Below the pieces are notes generated by a model. It was not told the origin of the DNA and did no database searches. It saw nothing but the letters and a program-made list of their open reading frames with translations. Below, in pieces: positions 11,369-20,071 of a DNA stretch of 64,000 bases. This stretch comes from Porifericola rhodea (lineage in GTDB: Bacteria; Bacteroidota; Bacteroidia; Cytophagales; Cyclobacteriaceae): contig NZ_CP119421.1 in NCBI RefSeq assembly GCF_030506305.1, positions 176,354-240,353 on the forward strand, given 5' to 3'. A program made the position numbers and the translations under genes. Positions within the stretch are counted from its first letter, which is position 1, and every line of letters begins with the position of its first letter.

Positions 11369-12817
11369 ATGCAGAAGCTTGGTTTAAGCCAGACCTTAAG
11401 TCAGAAACTTTCTCCTCAGCAAATACAGTTTATTAAGCTCTTACAAATTCCTACGGCCGAGTTAGAAGCCAGGATTGAGCAGGAACTGGAAGTCAACCCT
11501 GCTTTAGAAGAAGGACGTGATGAAGACGAGGGAATTACGAGTAGCGAAGACGACTTTGATAGTGATGCTGAGAGAGACGATCTTAACGATGAGTTAAGTA
11601 TTGAAGATTATCTGTCTGAAGATGAATTTGGTGGTTATAAAATGTACGGCGACGGAAACTACTCCGACGAGGAAGACCGTGATATGCCCATACCTACCAA
11701 TACTACTTTGAGCGAGCAGCTTATCTCTCAGCTCAATTTTTTAGCGTTGGATGATAGAAGGCACCAGATTGGCCTTCAACTTATAGGAAGTATTGAAAGC
11801 GATGGCTACATACGCAGAGAGCTGGAAGCAATCATTAACGATCTAGCTTTTTCGCAGAATATAGATACTGACCTGGATGAGGTGGAAGAGATTCTTACTC
11901 AAATCCAACAGTTTGACCCTGCGGGTATTGCAGCAAGAGACCTACAGGAATGCTTAGTTTTACAACTGGAAAGAAAAGCTGACCCTGATAAATACCATAA
12001 GCTAGCTATAGATATTCTTAAAGATCACTTTAAAGAATTTACTAAAAAGCACTTTGACAAGATTTGCCGTAAGCAGGGCATAGATGAAAACTCTTTACGC
12101 GAAGCTATCAGTATTATTACTAAGCTTAATCCCAAGCCTGGTGGGTTTGTAGACAGTACTGCCCGTACACAATACATTATTCCTGACTTTATTCTTAACA
12201 ACAACAATAGCAAACTAGAGCTTTCTCTTAACTCCAGAAACGCGCCAGAGCTTAAAATCAGTCGCTCGTACTCTGATATGCTTCAGGCTTATGATAAGAA
12301 CAAAAAGGACAAGAAGTTAAAAGAAACCGTTACTTTTGTAAAGCAGAAGCTAGACTCTGCCAAATGGTTTATAGACGCCATACGTCAGCGTCAGCAAACG
12401 CTGCTAACAACAATGGAAACCATTATTAAGTATCAGTACGACTTTTTCTTAACTGGCGACGAGAGCAAACTAAAACCCATGATTCTGAAAGATATTGCTA
12501 ATGAGATAGGTATGGATATTTCAACAGTATCCAGAGTAGCTAACAGCAAATCGGTACAAACTGAGTTTGGAGTTTACCCTCTTAAATACTTTTTCTCAGA
12601 AGGTATTGCCACTGAATCGGGCGAAGATGTAAGTAGCCGCGAAGTGAAAAACTACCTTAAAGGCCTGGTAGATAATGAGGACAAAAGAAAGCCTTTGTCT
12701 GACGACAAACTTGAAAAACTGCTTAAAGAAAAAGGGTATAATATTGCCAGGCGTACTGTTGCTAAATACAGAGAGCAGTTACAAATACCTGTGGCAAGGC
12801 TAAGAAAGGAATTGTAA
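11369..12817 (+). CDS. rpoN: RNA polymerase sigma-54 factor
   Basis: Acidic region II, a core-binding region, and the C-terminal RpoN box 'ARRTVAKYREQLQIP'. Confidence 0.9.
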   Translation: MQKLGLSQTLSQKLSPQQIQFIKLLQIPTAELEARIEQELEVNPALEEGRDEDEGITSSEDDFDSDAERDDLNDELSIEDYLSEDEFGGYKMYGDGNYSDEEDRDMPIPTNTTLSEQLISQLNFLALDDRRHQIGLQLIGSIESDGYIRRELEAIINDLAFSQNIDTDLDEVEEILTQIQQFDPAGIAARDLQECLVLQLERKADPDKYHKLAIDILKDHFKEFTKKHFDKICRKQGIDENSLREAISIITKLNPKPGGFVDSTARTQYIIPDFILNNNNSKLELSLNSRNAPELKISRSYSDMLQAYDKNKKDKKLKETVTFVKQKLDSAKWFIDAIRQRQQTLLTTMETIIKYQYDFFLTGDESKLKPMILKDIANEIGMDISTVSRVANSKSVQTEFGVYPLKYFFSEGIATESGEDVSSREVKNYLKGLVDNEDKRKPLSDDKLEKLLKEKGYNIARRTVAKYREQLQIPVARLRKEL

Positions 12818-13453
12818 ATGGTAAGAAAACTGTCTATTACCATATCCGTTCTTATGCATCCGTTGCTTATGCCAACGCTTTTGTTTGCTTTACTTTTTTA
12901 TTATGCTCCGGTTATTACGCAACCTATTAATGCTAAAGCAGCAAACTATCTGTTGCTGGCAGTATTTATTACCACCTTTTTACTACCTATGGTAAGTATT
13001 ACTGCCCTCCGCTTTTCTGACTTTATGAACAAAGGTAAAATTACTGCCCTGAGCATACCTCAACGACAGGACAGGGTATTACCATTTTTCTTTACTACCA
13101 TTTTTTACATCATCACTACTTATATGTTCTTCTCTAAGTTTAAAGTAAGCCAGGTGTTGGTAGTAATTCTAGCAGCTATAACCTTAATCATTTTACTACT
13201 TAGCTTCCTTACGCTTTTTATTAAAGTAAGTGCACACAGCGCCAGTGCTTCAGCCTTTACTGGTTTTCTTATAGGGTTAGGGCAAGCTTATCCTGAAGAA
13301 AATTTGCTATGGCCTCTGCTAGCTGTTTTAGTATTGGGAGGAATGGCAATGTCGGCGCGCCTTTATCTGGACACGCACCGACCTGTAGAAATTCTGATTG
13401 GAAGTATACTGGGCCTGGGAGTTAGTATTAGCTCAGTCTTATTTTTTATGTGA
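12818..13453 (+). CDS. Polytopic membrane protein, possibly a degenerate PAP2-like phosphatase
   Basis: Six predicted TM segments. The motifs 'KVSAHSASASAF' and 'SARLYLDTHRPVE' loosely resemble PAP2 motifs 2 and 3. Its ATG overlaps the rpoN stop (TAAATG). Confidence 0.35.
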   Translation: MVRKLSITISVLMHPLLMPTLLFALLFYYAPVITQPINAKAANYLLLAVFITTFLLPMVSITALRFSDFMNKGKITALSIPQRQDRVLPFFFTTIFYIITTYMFFSKFKVSQVLVVILAAITLIILLLSFLTLFIKVSAHSASASAFTGFLIGLGQAYPEENLLWPLLAVLVLGGMAMSARLYLDTHRPVEILIGSILGLGVSISSVLFFM

Positions 13454-13463
13454 CAGAAAAAGC

Positions 13464-14429
13464 TTATTTCTTAAAGAGAGAATCTACAAACTCCATCTTA
13501 TTAAACACCTGCAAATCGTCCATCTGCTCTCCTACTCCGATATATTTAACCGGAATATTAAACTGATCTGAGATACCAATTACCACACCGCCTTTAGCCG
13601 TTCCGTCTAGTTTAGTAATGGCGAGAGCGCTCACTTCAGTAGCGCGGGTAAACTCTTTAGCTTGTAAAAAAGCATTTTGTCCAGTGCTACCATCTAGTAC
13701 CAGTAATACCTCGTGGGGAGCTTCAGGAATAAACTTTTGAACTACTCTCTTAATCTTTGAAAGCTCATTCATCAGATTTACTTTATTATGTAACCTTCCC
13801 GCAGTGTCTATAATCACTACGTCAGCTCCCATTTCTTTGCCCTGCTTGGCAGTATCAAAAGCAACGGAGGCAGGATCAGTATTCATACCATGAGAAACAA
13901 CAGGCACACCTACTCTTTCTCCCCACAGCTTAATCTGATCTACGGCTGCAGCTCTAAAAGTATCGGCAGCACCTAATAAAACGCTATGTCCGCGTTTTTT
14001 AAACTGGTAAGCCAATTTACCTATGGTAGTTGTTTTGCCTACCCCATTAACGCCTACTACCAGTATTACATGAGGTTTATGGGTGTTGGGGACATGAAAA
14101 TCATCGGCATCTACATCAGCCGCCTGATCCTCATTTTCGGCCAACAAGCCGGCAATTTCTTCGCGTAGTATTTTATCAAGCTCGGAGGTGCTGAGATATT
14201 TGTCTCTAGCAACTCTGGCTTCTATACGATCAATAATTTTGATAATCGTATCTACTCCTACATCGCTGGTAGCCAGTATACCCTCAAGTTCATCCAGGAC
14301 TTCATCGTCTACCGTAGCCTTACCGGCAATAGCCTTACCCATTTTGGAAAAGAAGCTATCTTTTGATTTTTCAAGCCCTTTGTCCAGCGATTCTTTTTTG
14401 TCTTTAGAGAAGAAACCAAACAGTGCCAT
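13464..14429 (-). CDS. ftsY: Signal recognition particle receptor FtsY
   Basis: SRP GTPase motifs 'LVVGVNGVGKTTTIGKLA', 'DTAGR' and 'TKLDGTAKGG'. Confidence 0.9.
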   Translation of the reverse strand: MALFGFFSKDKKESLDKGLEKSKDSFFSKMGKAIAGKATVDDEVLDELEGILATSDVGVDTIIKIIDRIEARVARDKYLSTSELDKILREEIAGLLAENEDQAADVDADDFHVPNTHKPHVILVVGVNGVGKTTTIGKLAYQFKKRGHSVLLGAADTFRAAAVDQIKLWGERVGVPVVSHGMNTDPASVAFDTAKQGKEMGADVVIIDTAGRLHNKVNLMNELSKIKRVVQKFIPEAPHEVLLVLDGSTGQNAFLQAKEFTRATEVSALAITKLDGTAKGGVVIGISDQFNIPVKYIGVGEQMDDLQVFNKMEFVDSLFKK

Positions 14430-14464
14430 AGACCTATTGGATAAAAAAGTAAAATGATAATATA

Positions 14465-14487
14465 CAAAAAAAGCCCATAGCGGGCTT
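14465..14487. terminator. Hairpin terminator: AAAGCCC stem, ATAGC loop, GGGCTTT stem, flanked by an A-run and a T-run
   Basis: A perfect 7-bp stem with flanking A7 and T3. It lies downstream of the minus-strand rpmB-rpmG-DUF4295 unit and upstream of the ftsY start. Confidence 0.6.
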
Positions 14488-14514
14488 TAATAAAACTTTG
14501 CGAAATAAAATTTC

Positions 14515-14670
14515 TTATTTCTTGGCCAAATAATCTTTAACCGAATCTACTGGCACCATTTCTTCTCTGAAAGTATAGGCTCCAGTTTTAGGTGACTTAA
14601 CCGCTTTGATTACCTTAGCAACGGTTTTACCACCTTCTTTACGCATTGAAGCAACTGATTTCTTTGCCAT
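14515..14670 (-). CDS. DUF4295 family small protein (51 aa). This gene is absent from the supplied ORF track.
   Basis: The reverse-strand ORF translates to 'MAKKSVASMRKEGGKTVAKVIKAVKSPKTGAYTFREEMVPVDSVKDYLAKK'. It sits 2 nt downstream of rpmG, which is the conserved Bacteroidetes rpmB-rpmG-DUF4295 arrangement. Confidence 0.75.
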   Translation of the reverse strand: MAKKSVASMRKEGGKTVAKVIKAVKSPKTGAYTFREEMVPVDSVKDYLAKK

Positions 14671-14672
14671 GG

Positions 14673-14861
14673 TTATTTAATTTCTCTGTGAACAGTATGT
14701 TTCTTTAAAATAGGATTGTACTTTTTACGCTCCAATCTTTCAGTCGTGTTTTTACGATTTTTGGTGGTAATGTAGCGAGAGGTACCAGCCTGACCACTTT
14801 CTTTGTGTTCGGTACACTCTAGAATTACCTGCACACGATTACCTTTACTTTTCTTAGCCAT
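14673..14861 (-). CDS. rpmG: 50S ribosomal protein L33
   Basis: '[19 protein letters not shown]...[37 protein letters not shown]' is the canonical L33 sequence. Confidence 0.9.
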   Translation of the reverse strand: MAKKSKGNRVQVILECTEHKESGQAGTSRYITTKNRKNTTERLERKKYNPILKKHTVHREIK

Positions 14862-14911
14862 TGTTCAAATAATATTTTTGATAATCAGATGTAACTGACT
14901 TTTAAATCTAT

Positions 14912-15151
14912 TTATACTAAAGCTGTACCTTTTTCTCTAGCTTCTTTTAGTACAGAGGTAATTCCTCTTTTGTTGATAGTTCTCAACACAGAAGTAGATA
15001 CTTTAAGCGTTACCCAGCGATCCTCTTCTGGAAGGTAAAAGCGCTTCTTCTGAAGATTAGGGTAAAATTTACGCTTAGTCTTATTATTTGCTTTGGAAAC
15101 GTTATTTCCTACACGTGGTCTCTTACCGGTGATCTGACAAACTTTAGCCAT
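14912..15151 (-). CDS. rpmB: 50S ribosomal protein L28
   Basis: '[39 protein letters not shown]...' is the canonical L28 sequence. Confidence 0.9.
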   Translation of the reverse strand: MAKVCQITGKRPRVGNNVSKANNKTKRKFYPNLQKKRFYLPEEDRWVTLKVSTSVLRTINKRGITSVLKEAREKGTALV

Positions 15152-15475
15152 TTTATCTCAATATTTCTTCTTCCTGATATTTAAGGTTGCAAATATCTAT
15201 AAAATATTCCACATTCAAAAAACTTACTCCTCCTTTTTTACATTATCATACAGCTCATATCGGCAGAAGCATACCTCATAACCGCTTTTACAAAAATACA
15301 GTTCAGAAAACACGATACAAAGCCTGTTGTTATACTTATAATTCAGAATTTATCACTTCATTTTGGAATTCATACTAATCTGACTAGATTTTGGCATCTT
15401 AAAAGAACATAATAAGCATTGCACTACTTTAAATAGCTTATTTACACATTTTTATCAACAGAAACTCTAGAGTGA

Positions 15476-16717
15476 ATGACTGAGCACATTACTTCAAGCC
15501 AGGAGGCAATAACCCTCGAGGATAAATACGGCGCACACAATTACCACCCACTACCCGTAGTTCTTGCTAAAGGAGAAGGCATCTTTTTGTGGGATGTGGA
15601 AGGAAAAAAATATTACGACTTCCTTTCTGCCTACAGTGCTGTAAACCAGGGCCACTGCCACCCTCGCATACTTAACGCTCTGCAAGAGCAGGCACAAAAG
15701 CTAACCCTTACTTCTCGGGCATTTCATAATGATGTGCTTGGCCCTTACGAAAAGTTTATTACCGAGCTTTTTGGCTATGACAAAGTACTTCCTATGAATA
15801 CGGGAGTAGAAGGAGGAGAAACGGCAGTAAAACTATGTAGAAAGTGGGCATACACAGTTAAAGGGGTACCCGATAATCAAGCCAAAATTATATTTGTAAA
15901 TGGTAACTTCTGGGGAAGAACACTGGCAGCCATCTCATCATCTACTGACCCGCAAAGCAAAGGTGGATTTGGGCCTTACATGCCGGGTTATGAGCTTATC
16001 CCTTATAATGATTATGCTGCTTTGGAACAAGCACTGGAAGACCCTAACGTAGCGGGATTCATGGTAGAGCCTATTCAGGGAGAAGCTGGAGTAGTAGTGC
16101 CGGATGAGGGCTACCTGAAAAAAGCTTACGAGCTTTGCAAAAAGAAAAACGTGCTTTTTATCGCTGATGAAGTACAAACTGGCATTGCGCGTACCGGTAA
16201 ACTGTTTGCCTGCCAGCACGAAGGTTTTCGCCCAGACATATTAATTTTAGGTAAAGCTCTCTCTGGAGGTGTTATGCCTGTTTCCGCTATACTGGCAGAT
16301 GATGAGGTTATGCTTAGTATTAAGCCAGGCGAGCATGGTTCCACATTCGGAGGAAACCCTTTGGCATGTGCTGTTGCCATGGCAGCACTACAGGTAGTAG
16401 AAGACGAAAAGCTCTCCGAAAATGCAGAAGCGCTGGGGCAGGTATTCCGACAGCGAATGCAGCAACTTGTAGAAAAAAGCGATTTAGTAACTCTGGTAAG
16501 AGGAAAAGGCCTACTGAATGCAATCGTCATTAATGATAGCGAGGATAGTGATACGGCATGGAATATTTGTATGCAGCTTAAGGAAAACGGACTACTGGCC
16601 AAACCTACACACGGAAACATTATTAGGTTTGCTCCACCATTAGTCATTACTGAAGAACAGCTTCACGCCTGCTGCGACATTATTGACAGTACAATTATGA
16701 ATTACGCTGTTTCCTAA
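15476..16717 (+). CDS. rocD: Ornithine aminotransferase (class III PLP aminotransferase)
   Basis: '[18 protein letters not shown]', '[13 protein letters not shown]', '[21 protein letters not shown]', '[13 protein letters not shown]'. Confidence 0.85.
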   Translation: MTEHITSSQEAITLEDKYGAHNYHPLPVVLAKGEGIFLWDVEGKKYYDFLSAYSAVNQGHCHPRILNALQEQAQKLTLTSRAFHNDVLGPYEKFITELFGYDKVLPMNTGVEGGETAVKLCRKWAYTVKGVPDNQAKIIFVNGNFWGRTLAAISSSTDPQSKGGFGPYMPGYELIPYNDYAALEQALEDPNVAGFMVEPIQGEAGVVVPDEGYLKKAYELCKKKNVLFIADEVQTGIARTGKLFACQHEGFRPDILILGKALSGGVMPVSAILADDEVMLSIKPGEHGSTFGGNPLACAVAMAALQVVEDEKLSENAEALGQVFRQRMQQLVEKSDLVTLVRGKGLLNAIVINDSEDSDTAWNICMQLKENGLLAKPTHGNIIRFAPPLVITEEQLHACCDIIDSTIMNYAVS

Positions 16718-16745
16718 AAGAGACATGCATAAAGATAAGCTTGTG

Positions 16746-16778
16746 AACGGTAGGTGAAACATCATCTACCGTTTTTTT
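16746..16778 (+). terminator. Rho-independent terminator: AACGGTAG stem, 12-nt loop, CTACCGTT stem, then a T6 run
   Basis: A perfect 8-bp stem followed by TTTTTT, 29 nt after the rocD stop. Confidence 0.7.
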
Positions 16779-16812
16779 ATATTGCCGCTACTGACTGCTA
16801 AACCATAGTATT

Positions 16813-18390
16813 TTGCTGAAAGACTTTTACTCCTTTGTTTTAAATCATCAGAAAGAGATATTAGAACAAACTCTTGAACACATTTGGATTACACTGGTAT
16901 CCTTAGCCCTGGCTTCTGCAGTGGGTATCTCTGTGGGTATACTAATCTCGCGTTACCAAAAAGCTTCCAGAGGAGTACTAAGTTTTGTAAACATCATTCA
17001 AACCATTCCGAGTATTGCCTTATTAGGTTTTTTACTACCTTTTTTCGGTATAGGTGTCACTCCTGCCATAATTGCCCTTTTCCTATATGCTCTTTTGCCT
17101 ATTGTCAGGAATACGTATGCAGGTATAGATGGTGTAGAACCTGCTATCATAGAAGCTGCCCGGGGTTTAGGCATGAGCAATAAACAGATTCTAATGCGCG
17201 TTGAATTGCCTCTGGCAACTCCTGTAATTTTTGCTGGTGTACGTACCGCCATGGTAATTAATATAGGGGTAGCTACGCTCTGCGCTCTGATTGCAGCAGG
17301 AGGATTAGGCGAGTATATTTTCCGAGGTATAGCTGTTAATAATGTTAATATGATACTCGCAGGTGCTATTCCTGCTTCTCTTCTCGCTATCTTCTTTGAT
17401 ACTATCCTTGGTGTACTTCAAAAGCATATACAAAAGCTCCTGCGACCACTATTGTTTGTCACTTCAGCAATCATTTCTGCCCTGTTAATATATCAGGCAG
17501 TTCTACCCTACTTCTCTTCCGAAGCAGATAAGTTTATTGCTGGTTTTAATTCTGAGTTTATGGAAAGAGAAGATGGCTACCCTGGCTTACAGGAAACCTA
17601 TGGGTTTTCTATGAACGCGATGGAGATGGAGATAGGCCTGATGTATGAAGCCTTGAGAAGTAAAAAAGTAGATGTCATCAGCGGTTTTTCTACTGATGGA
17701 AGAATTGCAGCTTATCAGTTAAGAGTACTGGAAGATGATAAAAATTACTTTCCGCCTTATTATGCAGCACCGCTTATCCGGACCGCTACACTAAAAAAGT
17801 ACCCTGGCTTAAAAGAAACCTTTGACAAGTTGGAAGGAGCAATTTCTGAGAAAGAAATGATGCAAATGAACTATGAGGTAGATCAGGAAAAGAAATCTCC
17901 GGAAATAGTTGCCCGGCAATTTCTAGAGGGCAAAGGTTTTGAGCTTAAGCCTAAGAAGAAAGGAGAAGCTGATCTGGTCATTGGGTCAAAAAACTTTACC
18001 GAAAATTTTATACTTGCGGAAATGTTCGCTGCGCTGGTAGAGAGCCAAACTGATTTAACTGTAGAGCTCAGACAGGGTTTTGGAGGCACCAAACTGTTAA
18101 TTGATGCTATAAGATCTGGCGCCGTAGATATATACCCTGAGTACACTGGCACCGCATTGCTGGTAATGATACAACCTCCTACACATGTAGTAGATAGTCT
18201 TATTAAAAGTAAGGAAAAGGTTTATCATTATGTACAGCAAAAGTCTCAGGAAGACTTTGGACTGAGTTGGCTACAGCCTTTAGGGTTTAACAATACTACA
18301 GCCTTAATGATGCGAGAAGAAAAAGCAGAAGAATTAGATATAAAAAGCATCAGCGACCTTAGGAGTTACATCAAAAGCTTAAAAGAATAA
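16813..18390 (+). CDS. Osmoprotectant (glycine betaine/choline-type) ABC transporter, a fused permease and substrate-binding protein
   Basis: The N-terminal half is a BPD_transp_1 permease ('EAARGLGMSNKQILMRVELPLA'). The C-terminal half is an OpuAC/ProX-like binding domain. No adjacent ATPase gene is present. Confidence 0.7.
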   Translation: MLKDFYSFVLNHQKEILEQTLEHIWITLVSLALASAVGISVGILISRYQKASRGVLSFVNIIQTIPSIALLGFLLPFFGIGVTPAIIALFLYALLPIVRNTYAGIDGVEPAIIEAARGLGMSNKQILMRVELPLATPVIFAGVRTAMVINIGVATLCALIAAGGLGEYIFRGIAVNNVNMILAGAIPASLLAIFFDTILGVLQKHIQKLLRPLLFVTSAIISALLIYQAVLPYFSSEADKFIAGFNSEFMEREDGYPGLQETYGFSMNAMEMEIGLMYEALRSKKVDVISGFSTDGRIAAYQLRVLEDDKNYFPPYYAAPLIRTATLKKYPGLKETFDKLEGAISEKEMMQMNYEVDQEKKSPEIVARQFLEGKGFELKPKKKGEADLVIGSKNFTENFILAEMFAALVESQTDLTVELRQGFGGTKLLIDAIRSGAVDIYPEYTGTALLVMIQPPTHVVDSLIKSKEKVYHYVQQKSQEDFGLSWLQPLGFNNTTALMMREEKAEELDIKSISDLRSYIKSLKE

Positions 18391-18392
18391 GC

Positions 18393-19028
18393 TTATTTGA
18401 GTTCACTATACTTATCAGCAATGTAGGTAACGGACTCTTTAAGTTTATTAATTTCTTTTTTGCACATGCTTCGGTAGGGCTCTTCCATTTCCGCAATTTC
18501 TATTAGACCTTCTATCCTACTGATATCGCTCAGAAAACGTTGATGGTGCAAATCGTGAATAATTCCATCATGAAGCACTTTATAATCTGAGAAGCGATTA
18601 AGATAGTTACGGTGTATATAAAAGAGATATATCGCAACACCATTGAATATGCAAAAAATAGCGGAAAGGTCTACCCAGATAGGTGAACTCTGTGTAAATG
18701 GCAGTGTATCATAAGTCATAAACACAGAGTAGAAAATAGAGGCAAGCGCGATGATCTGTAGCGCAAAGTCTTTTCGGTGAATAGTTAAAAACCAAGCTAC
18801 CGAAATCAGCACACAAATAAAGTTTATAGAAAAAGGGTATAAAAAGAGGTGTAAATAACCGTAATAAGGAAACTCAATATTCTGAGGAACCATTTCCCAA
18901 AGCTTGCCAATAAAAGGCAGCAAGACTACGATAATCAGGCTAGCTAACTTTCTTCCATCACGAAAGGTAAACTGAATTCCCTTCACCGTAAGTTCTACAA
19001 AAGGAGACTGAATTATTTTTGTATACAT
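18393..19028 (-). CDS. Hypothetical membrane protein: 4 TM segments plus a C-terminal cytoplasmic helical domain
   Basis: Hydrophobic segments and a His-rich segment 'HDGIIHDLHHQRF'. I recognise no family. Confidence 0.4.
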   Translation of the reverse strand: MYTKIIQSPFVELTVKGIQFTFRDGRKLASLIIVVLLPFIGKLWEMVPQNIEFPYYGYLHLFLYPFSINFICVLISVAWFLTIHRKDFALQIIALASIFYSVFMTYDTLPFTQSSPIWVDLSAIFCIFNGVAIYLFYIHRNYLNRFSDYKVLHDGIIHDLHHQRFLSDISRIEGLIEIAEMEEPYRSMCKKEINKLKESVTYIADKYSELK

Positions 19029-19748
19029 ACTTTGCTTAACTGCCAGTTTTCAAATATAGCAATAGTATTTATTATCCGACAATATTGACTCTTTACCAGG
19101 TGTCGGCTGTGTTTAGAAATTACAATTAAAGAGGTATAGCGTTTACTATTCAGGGGTAAAGCTTTCTAATTTAACAAATTAAAACACTTTTCACCATCAA
19201 AAAAACTTCCTTAAGCAAAAAAAATCTTACGCCATTTTGCACATGTAAGATATTTTCCAAAAAAAGACATCTAATTTTTTTGAGTAAATATACTTTATTG
19301 TATTAGTGCAATTCTATTAATGATAATTAGTAAATAATAACGACTAAATATTTTCATAATATTATTTTCATAAAAACACGCTTGTTTGCTCATTTTCAAC
19401 CTACACAATAATTAATTCTCATAGACTCGCTGTTATTTGTACATCATCTGGTTGCTATTGTTTCTTCACATTTTTTACACTAACACTCTAGCCTTATTAG
19501 AATAGTTTAATTATAGACTCATTTTACACATCGCTTTTTTTATTTGATTTTATAATAATCGCACTGGTGTAGGTGTAATTTTTACACAAGAAATATACGC
19601 TATACACCAATACATCACAAAAAATTGATATAATATACATTTTGTTATATATTGGAAAAGTATTAATTCTAGCGAATATTACATATGCACTATTCCTTGA
19701 TTAATCGTTTGTATTATTTGTTTTCTTAACTACCAAACTACCTTTACT

Positions 19749-19898
19749 ATGAGAATTTCTTTAAGAGGATTGTCGAAATTGTCTCTGGCTTTACTGATTC
19801 CAGCCTCAATCATGTTCAGCAGTTGCAGCGAAGACGTTGTAGATCCTAGCGCAATGCCTCCAAAAGACCAGATTAAAACTCCTCCTAGAAAAAATTAA
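19749..19898 (+). CDS. Small lipoprotein (49 aa), absent from the ORF track
   Basis: 'MRISLRGLSKLSLALLIPASIMFSSCSEDVVDPSAMPPKDQIKTPPRKN' has a signal peptide and a lipobox (FSSC). A strong terminator follows directly. Confidence 0.5.
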   Translation: MRISLRGLSKLSLALLIPASIMFSSCSEDVVDPSAMPPKDQIKTPPRKN

Positions 19899-19930
19899 TT
19901 TCTACAGGACTAGTTTTTCTAAGTGATTTT

Positions 19931-19962
19931 AAAAAGCCTGCTGAGAGAGCAGGCTTTTTTTT
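19931..19962 (+). terminator. Rho-independent terminator: AAAGCCTGCT stem, GAGAG loop, AGCAGGCTTT stem, then a T8 run
   Basis: A perfect 10-bp stem plus a U-run. Confidence 0.8.
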
Positions 19963-20012
19963 AAAGCTTAACATTTTTCTGAAATTTTGTAACCAACATT
20001 ACACCTAAAGCC

Positions 20013-20043
20013 AAAAAAAAGCCCTGTACAGATTGTACAAGGC
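20013..20043 (-). terminator. Putative terminator of the M16 peptidase gene, an imperfect hairpin followed by a U8 run on the minus strand
   Basis: A8 on the plus strand, followed by GCCCTGTACA...TGTACAAGGC with one bulge. It lies 29 nt downstream of the peptidase stop. Confidence 0.4.
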
Positions 20044-20071
20044 TCAATAAGAACGGTATATATATTTTAAA

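Noticed and set aside
14536-14552. 'TGGCAC' sigma-54 -24-like hexamer
   Set aside because: No TTGC -12 element at the correct spacing, and it lies inside the DUF4295 coding sequence on the wrong strand.
15938-17252. Antisense or overlapping ORFs within rocD and the ABC permease (15938-16219, 16126-16647, 16320-16523, 16884-17183, 16998-17252)
   Set aside because: Low-complexity, Cys/Ser-rich translations opposite strongly supported genes. They are spurious.
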